DNA from: Amoebophrya sp. A120
Lineage: Eukaryota > Protista > Dinoflagellata
NCBI GenBank assembly: GCA_905178155.1
Contig: CAJINV010000003.1
Coordinates: 3,017,715 to 3,081,714, forward strand
Direction of reading: 5' to 3'
DNA: 64,000 nucleotides
Positions 12,701-27,927 of this stretch are shown in pieces. The notes below the pieces were generated by a model, which was given only the letters and a program-made list of their open reading frames with translations, was not told the DNA's origin and made no database searches. Made by a program: the position numbers and the translations under genes. How positions within the stretch are numbered: the first letter of the stretch is position 1; each line of letters opens with the position of its first letter.

Positions 12701-14540
12701 CCGCTTGAATTGCACAAAGGACATCTTGGGACGCCAATCCTTGATGAAACGTCGCTCCATTCGCTCCGAAATCAAATGCAAAAATGTCTGGGTCTGGAAG
12801 ATTCTAAACTTGTGACGCTGTCTCTGGCTTCGAAAAAAAATTGTATTGCGTGACCAGCAAGCGGAGTAGATTTTGTGCTCCCCGGAGACGGCATTTGTCA
12901 TGCTTAACAGACTGCGCTACTGAGCCCGGGGGGGTGCGGGGTCCGAGGGGTACACAAAGCACAGCCCATGCGGAATAGGCATAAGGAAGCGCTCTAAAAA
13001 TGAAAATCTGTCAAGATACTAGGCCATGCATTACAGGCATTACGGATCATGCAAAATATGCATGACAAATCTTGCAATCTCCCAGACCCAGACATTTACT
13101 TATTTTGCATTTGATATCCGAGAGCTTCTTCGAGAGCTCCTCCGCCTTGTGCACCGACAGTCGCATATCGACCATCTCTATGCATGGCAAATGTAGATAT
13201 ACTATCTGGCTGCGGACAAAATAAAGCGCAGACTTGCAATGCGTCTTGTGTGCGGGGGGCACACAAAAACCTGAACCTGCTGTCTTGCCTGACTACTAAA
13301 AACCGCCTAGGCTTGGTCGAGTTGACAGGACGGTGCTCACATGCAGGATAGGAGGCATCGAGAAACCTCGCAGATGAATCCGTGATATTACGAGGTCCTG
13401 GATTCTAGAACTCGTGGACCTCATGGAGAAGTTGCATGAAAAACGTCTAGAGCCTTGCAAACCTCCCAGATGCACGTCACTTTGCAGCGCATATTCTCGT
13501 GCTCCAGTTCCGAATACCGTCCCTCCAGCGCTTCAATCCGCGTCTGATACATTATCGAAAGGAAAAATCCCCCCTCCTTATATCGAAAACGAAATTTGTG
13601 ATGCTGTATTTGAGGTCACAAATCGCCTTGCCATGCTAGAAGGCCAAGAGCCGCAGTCGTGGCCTCGTTTGCAGGCAATTTGTGATGCTGTTTCCCACTC
13701 TCAGCTGCCTCCTATCATGCGGAAGATGCAAGGCTTCCCCACGCCACCCAGCACTACAGTCCGCATCTTTTCCCGTGTAGCATGACAAAGCTGATTTGTG
13801 ACAACAAATCTGCATCACAGATTTCCGTTTTGATATGGGGAGGGGGGATGTTTCCTTTTGATATACATCACAGCTTCCCGATCCCTCTGCGCGAGCGCGG
13901 CCTCCAGCTCCTTCTGCATTTTTCGATCGCGCTGAGAGGTCGAAATCATCAATTCTTACGGATTGCGTGTGAGATTCCGATCATTGCTGAGATTCAGGTA
14001 CGATACCACCGGACCGAAAAACACAGCAGCTTTGTTTTCACACATACGATTACGAGGCCGAAAAACATTGAAGTTGATATAGAAAATGCAAGTATGCAGA
14101 ACGCTAGATGGGGATGGATCCAAACAGGGATACAAATTGACGTATAATAGCCTCTTCCGCTCTCCTTCTCTATGTCGTCTTCTGCAGTACAACTAGAGGA
14201 AGAATTTATTCATACCAGAAATCGCATGCCCGCGATACTCGGTAGATTCGTCGAAACGAGGAGAAGCTGCGCACACGCAGTCCCCATCATTCGCCTGCAG
14301 GTTCGCAGTATCATCGTTGCACGCCGGTCGCCTGCCACAGTACCCTCCCTTTTCTGCGTTTTGCAAACAGCCTCCTCCTTTCGTGTTTCGCAACAAGAGG
14401 TCTCGCCAGGGTCTTGACCGTCAGAGAAGTCGGCTGAATAATTTCTCAGCTCGTACTACCCCAACTCCTACCGCACCACTGCATCATTCTGTGCTTCGTC
14501 CCTGCCGTATGCCATTCCTGTTCTTTTCGACGCACATCAT
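9786..14540 (-). CDS. Cys-rich family, paralog 4 (multi-exon, extended coiled-coil N-terminal region; 5' end uncertain)
   Basis: Blocks MQKELEAALAQRDREAVMYQTRIEALE, RRFIKDWRPKMSFVQFKRQDCTDG, GSTGLQLDIAAEMCSKDK/DCGGFVYFNPD and CVRATHCKEDDSENTYIKKRIILADFGS, then a long Thr-rich tail. Contains three TIR introns and several GT-AG introns. Confidence 0.75.
11487..11678. mobile_element. Introner, non-canonical intron with diverged TSD copies
   Basis: TIR TATGCAGTTGAAAAAA / TTTTTTCAACTCCATA. Flanks CCCAT (11482-11486) and GACAT (11679-11683). It interrupts the conserved AEMCSK motif. Confidence 0.85.
12770..13116. mobile_element. Introner (TIR family beta), non-canonical intron
   Basis: AATCAAATGCAAAAATGTCTGGGTCTGG ... 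CCAGACCCAGACATT...TTTTGCATTTGATA. TSD TCCGA at 12765-12769 and 13117-13121. Removal gives in-frame ELSKKLSERMERRFIKDW. Confidence 0.9.
13553..13863. mobile_element. Introner with ~50-bp TIRs, non-canonical intron
   Basis: TATCGAAAGGAAAAATCCCCCCTCC... / ...GGAGGGGGGATGTTTCCTTTTGATA. TSD TACAT at 13548-13552 and 13864-13868. Removal gives in-frame DREAVMYQTRIEALE. Confidence 0.9.
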
Positions 14541-15357
14541 GAATTCATCCACGGACTCGAAAAAGTAACACCCGGTTTGTGGCAGTGAGGTAGAATAGAA
14601 AGACCGCAGCAATTTTCTTCTCCAAGACAAACCCTTTTTGTTTTACAACCCCCCGAACACTAGAAGAGACAACTTCTCGATCCTCTCACATTGTGCAGTT
14701 GTAGACAGAATCTCTCTGAGGTGACACCACGTAACATATCCTGAGTTGGCTTTGACACTTTACAACCTCTCGAAGCAGGTCGTATGGGAAACGATACTGT
14801 ACTTGAACAGATTTGGTCACACAAGACCGCAATAGATGCATACACTCGTCTTGCAGTTTCATCCGTCCCTGCGCAGGGACTGCAAAATAAAGATGACATT
14901 GAAAATAGTTTTCCGTTTTGTGTAGCGATTCTGTTTCTTCTTAGCTTCTCGTCATGTCGTTTCGGCATAGTGAAAACCGGGAGCTTCATAGCACATGAGC
15001 CGTCACCGCAAAACAGTGTGGGTTCTTTTCGCGTGATGTTTATTGTTTCCCCACGGGCGGCTGTCGCTTTGGAGTTACTATCTTTTAAAAAAGTTGTACT
15101 TTGGAGTCAGTAGTAGCTACTCCAACTACGTCTGCCGCGGGGGGCGCGGAGGGTGTCGCTGGGGTTGTGCAGACGAGCCGGTTCGGTCCTCATCCTCCTA
15201 GGTCGTTTTTGTTTCCTCTCACTTCCACATCGGCAGTTAGACAAGACCAGGAGCTACTGCGGGGAGGCAGCAGGGCTGGAACAGAAGACGACGGCTACAA
15301 GACGGCTCTTGTCGCAGCTCGAGCTTTATCATAAAGACCTTTGACACTGGGCGACTT

Positions 15358-17847
<2,490 letters not shown>

Positions 17848-18646
17848 CTTGGCTTTATTTCCTTTTGCTACTTTATTGCTATGATATATGCTCTTGCTCA
17901 CAAGTAGATCAAAAACGAAGGGTTAAACTTGTTCAATGAATCGGAGCGAGGTCGTGGTATTTTTCCCAGAATTGTACATGTGGAAGCGCTTATAGTTGCA
18001 CCAAAAGGCGGTGTATCCGGAGCAGATTCGAGATAGTACCAGTGGCTTGCGGTATCATAATATACAGACGTGCGTCACGTTTGAATAAACTGTTTTCATA
18101 TTTCTGATCTTGGTGGTGGTTCGACGTCGCTGAGGCATTATTATGAGTCAAAGTTGTTTCCAAGTTGTTGACTGTCGGCAGGAGTTAGGAACGCATGGTC
18201 CCCGCGCCACGGCCACGGTTGGCATTAAGCTAGAAAAAACTGATCGAAGATTGTGCAAAGATGGCATGATGATGGACTTGATCTTTTTGTTGCTCTTTTT
18301 CTTAAAATGACTGTCATGCGTCACTGACAGTGGTCGCAATCACAAAGCTTGTTTGGTTTCTCTGAACAGCGTTAAATCAGCAGATGAGGCAGCGCGCTGC
18401 GATTGCGGCGAGCAGCTGCGGTCTCGTTCATAGATGCGTTTTCTTTGTCGGGCTTAATTTGCGCTGTGAAGAACTTGTTTTTATGCGGTTAGAACAAATG
18501 TCGCTTCTACTACGTGTAGTTTAGATCATAGTATGTTGCGCGGCGCGTCTCCAGGTCGTGGTTGTAGGCTACAGTAGTACCACCAGCAGCACCAGAGCGC
18601 TAGTACAGTGGATCTCCTACAACGGAAAACAAACTGCCCAGACTCT

Positions 18647-21502
18647 CTACCACCAGTTTCCGAAAAGCGACTCGTTCCTTTCTTGCTCGTAGTTGCGAAT
18701 ACACGGCGCCAGCTCCAGCCCGGGGAAGTTGAGCCACCGCGTGAGCTCGGCGATGGATTCGAAGTAGATGCTGTTTTCGTAGAGACTCTCCGGTATGTAG
18801 TAGCTGAGCAAGGCAAACGCCGCCTTGAAGGACAAGGTGGGGTGCAAGACGAGCAGGTTCTGCAGGAACCGCGAGTACTTGAATTGCGAGATCCGGATCA
18901 GCTCTTTCCAGACGTCCAGAATCGCGTTCGCGGAGGCCATACCCCCGTGGGCGTAGACAATCAGAAAGCTGGCGTTCGAGTACGGCTCGATCTTGGATAC
19001 GATGTATCTGAAAATCCGATTTTTGCATACTTAAAACTACATGTTACTCCTCTACGTACCTACTACTTCTAGGACGAGGCCACTCGAACATAAGCGCGTC
19101 GTGTGTGACCAGACAACTGGAGCAAGAGGAGCAAAAGCCGCATTTCACCCAAAATGTGGAAAATCAATATTATGGTGTAGGAAATCGAAAGGACAAATCC
19201 GGCATCTTCATGATCTGACTTAATCGAAAAATAACTGCACGGGGAGTAGCTAAAAAGCAAATAAGTGCTCCTTCTAGTTTTTACCGAATCAGGATGTCCT
19301 GCTCGTATCGTGCGATGGGGATGAGCGCTTCCGAGAAAACGATGACATGCCTCCCAAGCTGGTCTTTGCCCGCGTACACTAGAAACTCAAACCTGTCTAG
19401 CTCGCGCATCGTGGAGGCATACGCCGGTGACGCCGCCTCGCGAAGGTATCTGTGTTGTTTCGCGTTTGAAACAATGGAGAGAAATATTTCACATCGACAA
19501 CATCTCATCTTCTCAGTGTAAACTAACTCCATTGCAGGAACGTCAAGAGCTGCATTATGGAAAAATCATGCGAAATAGAGTCGTCCCACACATCATACTA
19601 CAGTCTACTATCAATCGACCAAAACCTCAATCTGTACCTGAGGTAGATATGGTGCAGGTCGTTCGTGCTTTCGACGTCCCAGAGCGTGGCGTCGAGGCGC
19701 GCAACCTCTTTCTCGGTCCAATCCGCGTGGAATTCCGTGGAAAATCCGTGCAAGTCGTCCGGCTCGTGGCCCGCCGGATCCGGGAGACCCTTTTTCCTTA
19801 CGGCGGTGGTGGCGTTGTCGTCCGACTCTTCCTCCTCCTCCTGCCGCCGGCGGGCGACGAAGTCCGGCACCTTGAGCACGCGGTCCGCGGACTGCTCCTC
19901 CTCCCCGGTGGCGGTTCCGAAGGAAAAGTCGGGGCCCACGAGGGCCATGCCGGCCACGGAATCCTCGGGCGACCGGGGAAAATAGAGCTGCAGCAGCGTC
20001 TGTGCAAGCTCGTACTCGGCCTGGTGCTCGGTGTACAGAACGACGGTGAGCGGCTGCGGGGGCACAAAGGTGGGATTATTGTTGCTACTACCACCGGCCG
20101 CACCCACGGCCGCCTGCTGCAACTTGGGGAGCCACCGCCGCAGGGTGCGGAACACCACGTGCAGGCACTGGTCCAGCGGAAATTGCTTCTCTGCGGCGTA
20201 CTGCAGGGGAAAGGCGAGGGATTTTATGCTGTTGGGCACCTCGTAGCACAACCCGGTCACGTTCCGCACGCACTGCGAGAGCGTGTTCTTGGCCGCCGTC
20301 GTGTATTTCTCCTTGTAGTTCGGGCCGCAGAAGGGGAGGACCTTGGAGCAGTGCAAATTCCCGAAGTTCCCCTTCATCACTTGCGCCTCCCCGCTCCGCA
20401 TGCGCTCCGCGTTGCAGAGCTCGGTTATCAACTTTGCGCCACCCAAACTCAGCAACCTGTGACGAGTCACGAATTGTATCTTTTCTATGCAATCGGCTTT
20501 GGGTTTGGATGCATAAGAACTACCCGCTCTTTACATCATTATGTCACAACCAGATACCATGTAAGTTAGACGTTCAGTCACATCTTCTAGAGGATTCCTT
20601 TACTTGTTGCCAACATGTAGATGTAGTTGTAAGTATCTATACCTATGTCCGGTCGATTTTGTGAGGGAGCTGTAGCTGAAGTCGAAGGCTACTGCGTCTA
20701 CCTCTAGCGATGCCACGTCCCCGCAGAAGAGGCGGACCCGGGTGTTCAGCGGCTGGTCCACTCCAAACGGGCTTCCCGGCGCCGCGGTGGAACTGCTGCT
20801 GCCTCCGCTTTGGAAGTTCTGGAACTTCTCGGCCGCGTTTCCCGTGCTCGCCCAGGTCGGCACGGCGTTCAGTGGCGTTTTCGGCACGTAGTCCCTCGGG
20901 GGCGCGTCCAAGAGATTTTGTTCCCACAATTCGTTGTGCCTCTCCGCCAGCCATTGGAGCGCGTCTATGGGCGGGCGGTTGCCGCCAGGCTCACCGTTGT
21001 TGTGCCCCCCGTAGCCAGCACCGAGTGGTGGCGAGTTTGAGTGATCATGATCTACTCGCGGCGGGAAATTACTAGGCGTGCCACTGTTGAAATTTGTTCC
21101 ACCATGGTATGATCTTTGCGGACTGCCGGGTGGGGGCGCCTCGGGTGCTGCCCCGCCCGGAAAAGAAGAACCCGCGTAGTTGTAGCTGCTGCCATTGTTG
21201 TAGTACGCGCTTTCAGTTGTCGTGGTATTCGCCCCCGGGTAGCCGTTGCTGGGGTAGGTGTTGTAATTCGCGGGGGTCGTGTAGTTCGCTGATGGAGGGG
21301 GCCCTTGATGTGCGCCGTTCGGGTAGGAGTTGGTGCCTTGGCCTGATGGTCTTTGCTGGTTGTTCATGTACTGGTAGGCACGCTGGTCCGCATTTTCGTC
21401 GTAAAACATCTTCTCGACTGCAACAGTGGCGTCGTTCCAAATCGAGCCGCTTTGGTGCCTGGCTTGCTGGGAAGTCCCGACAAACGGGCCGCCAATTGTC
21501 AT
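18647..21502 (-). CDS. GDAP2-like protein (macro domain + CRAL-TRIO/Sec14-like domain), copy 1
   Basis: Macro-type motifs RVRLFCGDVASLEVDAV, GEAQVMKGNFGNL, GPNYKEKYTTAA, SIKSLAFP and HVVFRTLRRWL, followed by CRAL-TRIO-type YAGKDQLGRHVIVF and LQNLLVLHPT. This order matches the GDAP2 architecture. Confidence 0.82.
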
Positions 21503-22962
21503 ATGTACAGTGTGATGAGTGCGCGCTGTACTATTAATTCGTACTAAACTACCTAGCTACTTGTGAAAGGAATAGCAAGCGTCGAAGTAAGTGATGTTGA
21601 CTGTGAATGATTATGGTGTGACGTGATGGTGACTCTGTAAATTTACAGCGTGACTATCAGAACAAAGTCAGACGAACAAAAATTCCTATAGTTAGCGGAG
21701 AACTTTCTTGTCATATGTTTCCGTAGCCACACTTGCGTCCCGTAACTTCTATCTCTATGCGAGCTAGACTACTAAAAAATGCTCTGTAGATCTAAAGCAG
21801 GCCCGATTTGAAAACAGCTTTCTTTGAAAGTGCTTCTTTCGTGGAGGTGGCTCCGTGTGGCTAACACGCCATCGCATGCTTCGATATTTTCATCGTCGCT
21901 AAGCGCATAGTCATGAAAAAAAAAGCTTCTTTTCCTTTCAAAAAGTTTATGGTCTAGCGTGGTTCAGAGCGACTAGCAGAGAAACGTGTAGTAACCTTTT
22001 TTAATTTTGTCGCTGTCGCTAGAGAGTGACGCAGACGTACGAAATGAGTTGTTAACAAAAAAAATTATTACAAGGGGTCCTTGTGGGCGCAACATGCCTT
22101 GTAGGTGGTCCTGTCATGATTTTGTGAGACTGGACGGTCAAAGGCGGTCATGGTCCCCGAGAACATCATTAAATGGATCCATGCAAAAATTGGCAAATTT
22201 CAATGAAACAGAACTTCTATCCTTCTTGAAATGTCTTTCCATACAGAATTAGGGAAAACCGATGTTGAAAATTCCAATCGTATTTTGAGCTGTTTATGCG
22301 GTCGAGAAGGTGTTAGTTTGCAAGGTTATCGTAATCCTTCCTTTGCGCACGAATAATGGTCAAATGAACGGAATTATTAGCTTCACGGGGGCGCGAACGA
22401 ATGCGTAGACACGAACGAACCGAGATCTTTCTTGCCTCTAAACCGACAAAAGATTGATTCTGGTTGCCGATCCCTGTGGACGTTGAAAACAACATGAACG
22501 TTTTCCGCATCGGGCTGACTGCACAACCGAGTGAGCCGCTATCAGCGAAGACCTCTTGATACTCACAATGACACTAATTTTCGCACAAGCATACAAAATA
22601 GAGCCGGTTTGATGGAGGAAATCTTTTCAGCCGAACTATCAGATCAAATGCACGAAGCCTGCTGTGAGTTGAGGAAAACACAAGATGACAGTTGATACAG
22701 ACAAAGGAAACAAATTTTCATGAGGACTTCTACAAATGGAGCTTACAAAAGAAACAAACGACAAAAAAGAGCTGTGTACTTAAATTGAGAGATGGGCTCG
22801 TCATTAGAAATTCGAAAATTAATTTGAAAGAATTCTTCGTTTTGTACAAAAGCAAGCAAAGCAAAAGAAAGTTGAGAGAAGTTTTTACAGTGTTTTTTGA
22901 TGAAAAGTACATTTTACAAAATGAAAATCCGGATAGCGAATGAATACAAACATTTGATTTTT

Positions 22963-25905
22963 TCAGCTGATGCTGGTGCCCTGCGAGTTGGCAGTCGGCG
23001 TTGCGCGACCTGGGCCCCCTCCTGCTCCACGTTTTGGGCTGAACCCACCATCGTGGTCCCCCCGCTCCGGATCCGGCGTGACGACGCTGCCGTAGTGCTC
23101 GTGTTTGTCGTTCTTGGACACGAGGCCGAGGTGTTTGTTCGCGGCAGCCTGCTTCGAATCCGAGCCAAGTGCCACGCCGCCCGTCGCTGCGCCAGTGTAG
23201 TTTCTTCCGGTGCGGAAGTGCAGATACAACGCGAAGCCACACACGCAAACGATGATAAAGGACAGCACATTCCATACGTTCCGCCACCAATGTTGCTGAA
23301 CTTTGTCCTTTTGCTCCAACGACGAGCGCTTGCGTTCATCTGCTTGTTTCATCGAGGCAGCTTGTTTTTGATGATGTTCTTGTTGTACCACTGGCGCGGA
23401 TGTTGAATCTTGCTTGTTCATGAAGTGCGCCGCCGGCTCCCCCACGACAGGCTGGCTGCTGGCGGGCAGCGCGTGGTCGTTCTCCCCCGTGTTGCCAGCC
23501 AGGTGTCGCGGGTGGAACACGTCGCCGTGCAGTACCGCGGAGGGTTCGGAATCGCTGTGCTCCTCGTGATGTTGCTCGTGCATGGGTGCTGCTGGATTTT
23601 TACCGTGCATGTACCGGTCGCCAGCACCTTGTTCCTGCAGGCTTTGATGCTGCTGCTGCGCCTTGAACACGGCGAAGTTTTCTTCGTTTTCAAAGATTTT
23701 GCCGTCCGCGACGGAGTAGCGGGTTTTCGTGGTGGAGATCCTGGCCGCGCCCGTGGCCGCCTCGTACTTCTCGCTCACCCGGCTCAATACCGCGTGCGAC
23801 TGCGGCGTCAAAGACGGGTCCGGGTTCGCCTGTTGCACCCAGGCTTTGTCGAAACTGGCCCGCGCGACCACGCACTCCGGGTTGGACGCGATCCGGTTTT
23901 TCAGCTCCTCCGTGTAGTCCAGCGTGTTCCCCTGCGGTTCCTCCAGCCCCGGCTGCCAAATCTCCAGGCCCTCGCACGTGAAGTCGTCCGGGATCGACAG
24001 CAGTTCGCGGTCGTTGTCGCAGATGTCGATCACCGACCCGCCGTCGATGTTCTCGCAGCCGACGCCGTAGAGGTAGTTCTTGTCGTGGTTGAACCGGATC
24101 GCGGGGTCGGCCATCTCGAACACGCGCAGGGTCAGCCGCATGTTGCGCGGCAGCTGCCCGTTCGCGTTGTCCGTGTTGTCGTACAATTGCGCGACCGTGC
24201 CGAAGTGGGACTCGGCAATGTGCTTGTTGTCGTCCGTCTCCACGAGGTAGGACAAACACCGCATGTTCACCTCCTTCTTGTAGTCCAGCTTGGCATCCGG
24301 GTAACCTGGGGTCACGTTGTGTGGAAAAAAGGTGGTCACCGACGGGATGAAAGAACGGAACCACACAATTTAGTACTTATCAGACCACATCATGCTCTTG
24401 GTTTTGTACATCCGAACGATCATGTGAAGTTCGTTGCGCTGGAATTGAAATGAGGTATCTTTTTAGACACATTGTTGTATAGCGGAGGACCGGAGCACTT
24501 CTACAGCTATACATGGTATCCAAACACTCTACAACAACTTCTTCAACTTACCTGGGCAATGCACCGCGATGGGGTGCGTGGGGTCCGGCGCGTGGCCTTT
24601 GGCCGCCTGGGGCTCGAAGCTCCCGGCGTACATCCAGTCCTGGATGCCGCCGCGGATCCAGTAGATGGCGTCGGTGTGCGGTGCGATCAACGGGTACCAG
24701 TAGGGCGCGTCCGCTGTGTTCTCCTTCCCCGCGGCCAGCTGCATGCGGCGTGCGATGCCGTGGTACGCGTGCGCGTCGGGGGCTTCGGAGCTCTTCTCGT
24801 TGAAGCCGGCGTCGTTGTTCTCGATCACCTGGGGGGACAGACTGCCGGGCTTGCCGTCGTTGCCCATCACGTGGTTCGGCCCAGCCCAGGAGTACACCAG
24901 TTGCCGCGTGCCGGCGTGGAACTCGATCATTTGCCGGAAGAGGTGCGTCCGCGCCAACTCGTTCAGGGAGCGGCCGGCGAAGCTCTGCATGCAGTTCGCC
25001 GCCAGGTAGGGCATGTCCCGGTTCGGATCCACGCCCTGGTCCTCCCGCACGTCGTGGTAGTACCCGAAGGCGTTCGGCATCGGCATCACCCACATGGAGC
25101 GGTGGTCGACCAGGTAGGCGAGGTCTTTCGCCGCCGCCGCGGGCTGGTGCAGCTGGTCAGCGCCCAGCTGGGCCGCGTCGCCCGCCTTGCTCAGCACCAG
25201 CTGCCGCACCATCTCGGACACCACAGACACCCCCACTTTCTCGTTGCCGTGCACCTCCCCGATGGCCAGGACTTCGGGGGTGGTGGGCGTCAGCGTCTCG
25301 AAGTTCGTCACCTGCACGAGCAGACTCTCGCACGGGTATTGCCCTTTCTCGTTGGGCTGTGTGGAAGTTTATTTCGTTTTCGCGCACTTTTATTTGTGAG
25401 ATACTTATGTTGACAAACGGAATTTTCGCTAGTAGAAAATCATCTCCTAGCTTTTGTCTCATCGGCCCTCGAAGCTCAATACTTGTCAAAAAACATCAGG
25501 TTTGTTTTTGCTTGAAGAACTCTAGGTCTAGTACGGACAAGCAGAGCGCGCATCAACATCTGTGAGAAATAAAAATACCTGTGGTTCGGTTTGCCTTCCG
25601 AAGATGTTGACTGGCGCGGTGCCGCAGGTCATTTCTTTCATTTTTTCCTGGAATGCTTGCCGGTCCTCCGGCGTCTCGCCCTCGAAGTCGCGCAGGTGCG
25701 GAAATTTTTCATCCGCCGACCAAATTTTGACGTACTGCGGAAAATGCTCGGCGAGCGCGCTGTAGAAGTCGAACACCTCATGGTACGAAAGGTACTGAAA
25801 CGCGCCCTTGCCGTATAAGAAATCCTCGGCAGTTTTCTCGCCGGCCGCAGCACTCGAGGCCACGACACCGGCGGAAAGAAACGCTTTCGTGAACAAGCGC
25901 ATCAT
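22963..25905 (-). CDS. M14 zinc carboxypeptidase, predicted type I membrane protein (3 exons)
   Basis: Signal-like N-terminus, YLSYHEV, HGNE (HxxE zinc ligands), GVDPNRDMPY, EFHAG and GGIQDWMYAGS. C-terminal hydrophobic segment VLSFIIVCVCGFALYL. Two GT-AG introns. Confidence 0.88.
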
Positions 25906-27199
25906 TATTCTGCAGTGTAATCAAGTCGTCCGCAAGTAGGGATAATCGTCTTGATATGCTTTTCCTGTTCGATGGAGGAAATGAATTCGAGAAAAAATAC
26001 CTCCTTGCTTACGCGGGCTGGCCATAACACAGACAGTCTGCAACTGGGGAATTGCAGTGCCACATTGAAAGGTTTTGGTTTGATGGAAAGGGAAACAAAA
26101 TTGAGTGTAGAGGAAAATGAAAACAATAGGGACGAAACGATAGCAAAAACAAACGATTTTTTTCGATTCGACGATTTACGAGAAAACCTTCAGAGGCCTG
26201 TGGAAAGTGCCAAATTTCGAAAAAGTGCATTTGTCGTCGCGAAGCGCCGCATTCTATCATGACTTGCTATGTATTGTAGTACTAAGACGATAGGTACCTC
26301 GACCACCCAGCTGACTACTTATTCAGGACGAAAGGGACGACCGAGAGCTGAGAAGCGCTTCCGAGATTGGCAGCGAAGCACTCGACCAAAAATTCCATGG
26401 GTTGTTGCGACAGAACGATTTCGAACTCACGGCTCACGAAAGCAGTAGTATACCCAAAAGGACGAGGGCAGCAACGACCGAGAAACAAAGTGTCGCTCAT
26501 CGAGACAGACCGATGCAGTTTCATGTCACGTAAATTAAATCTATCGAGCAAGACCGAAAACGAGAAAGGCGTCAAAAGCTGACATACAACAATTTTCTGT
26601 AGGAACAAGTATCAAGCTGCGCCAGCTGTGTATTGATTATTTTAATGACATATAGTTCTGTTACTGTTAGTATAATGGAATTGATCAAAGCCGATATTAA
26701 AAGCTCGCGAGATCAATCTGTCAGTCCGGGTTCCATGACCTCACGTGCCTCGTACATCGTGCTAGTAGTGCTACCTCATCATCCTTTATCATGTACGGGT
26801 CGTATGGGCTGGGATCTATTGGTTACATCCTACAAAGAAACTGATAACCGGCCCGAGTTTCTTGCCCTTCGGAAAAAATAAATCCAGTTACACTTAATCT
26901 TCAACTGCAGCCAGGAGGCATGCGTGTGGGAGTGCAAATTTCGAAATTCAATGCGAATTTAACTTTAAGGCTGCTATGTATCAACAACAAGCCACGGCTC
27001 TGTTTTTCTAAGATTTTCTTCTTCTCGGAAGCCGCTTGTACTTTTTGACCAGAAAAAATATTTTGTCGATCGGTGGTCAGAAGCACTTTTCGATTTCCTC
27101 ATGGGCAACATTTTGTACTGTTACGAAATCCGCTGCATCTCGTAAATTTTTCCTGAGATGACTGCTGTCGCGGAACAACAGACTCAACAAGCGGCTGGT

Positions 27200-27925
27200 T
27201 TACGTGGTCCTGTCTACTCGCCAATCGAATGCGTCATACTCGCTGGGGTTCGATAACAGCATTTGCTTCAGTATTCTGATTATCTCACGTGTTGCAGACA
27301 ATTGCACTGTGTCGCTGTGACTCAACAGATGATCCCCAGGCAGCCACTGCTCCACGTCGAGCATGCAAGTGCTTGCTTTGGCTAGAAAAGCTTGTGTTCC
27401 AGCGCGCCGCCATTCCCGGCGCCACGGCATGCTTCGTCTCTCCCGCTCGAGCTCTTCTGCGCAGAAGCAGTCAGAGGCGGATGGACAGCCGGGTAACGGT
27501 GGCCGTGTGACGAATCTTGTGCTTATTTCTGCCCCTGGCTCAACAGCCAAATTGTTCCCCAAGGGGGACGAGCGGCGGCGCTTTACAGCTTGGGCCACGA
27601 CGACATCCTGAACAGCGGCTAGCATTTCCGGTAAAGAATATCCGGCACTGTGGCGTAGTGAAGTGGCGCTTTCGCTTAAGACGTCGCCGCCGCTCCTGTT
27701 CCCGTGAAAAGCCGCACAGACAAACAGAAACACATCGCGGAGCTTTTCTTCCCTGAGGCGCGTCACAACTTTCTGTACTGCGCGTCTGGCAGAAAGATTC
27801 TTGTCTAGTCTTGGTGGAAGAACTGGAGGCTCTTCGATGTCCCTGAGACCTCGCGAGCTGCAGCCACCCGATCCGTCTACCGTCCCGTAGTCAGCTGCAA
27901 TAGCACCAGCACCACCTGCCGTCAC
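27200..27925 (-). CDS. Hypothetical ORF; possibly the detached 3' part of the ankyrin-like gene at 28973-31402
   Basis: 241-codon ORF with no ATG start (GTG) that begins inside the downstream TSD copy of the 27928-28970 insert. It is offset by one frame from the 809-aa ORF. Confidence 0.4.
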   Translation of the reverse strand: MTAGGAGAIAADYGTVDGSGGCSSRGLRDIEEPPVLPPRLDKNLSARRAVQKVVTRLREEKLRDVFLFVCAAFHGNRSGGDVLSESATSLRHSAGYSLPEMLAAVQDVVVAQAVKRRRSSPLGNNLAVEPGAEISTRFVTRPPLPGCPSASDCFCAEELERERRSMPWRREWRRAGTQAFLAKASTCMLDVEQWLPGDHLLSHSDTVQLSATREIIRILKQMLLSNPSEYDAFDWRVDRTT

Positions 27926-27927
27926 AT

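Noticed and set aside
21720-21729. TCCGTAGCCA, a partial match to the dinoflagellate spliced leader
   Set aside because: Only 10 nt match, the TTTTGGCTCAAG half is missing, and it lies on the strand opposite the genes.
19427-25413. Long plus-strand ORFs (19427-20569, 23410-24453, 24472-25413)
   Set aside because: These are antisense shadows of GC3-rich minus-strand exons of the GDAP2-like and carboxypeptidase genes, with no motifs of their own.
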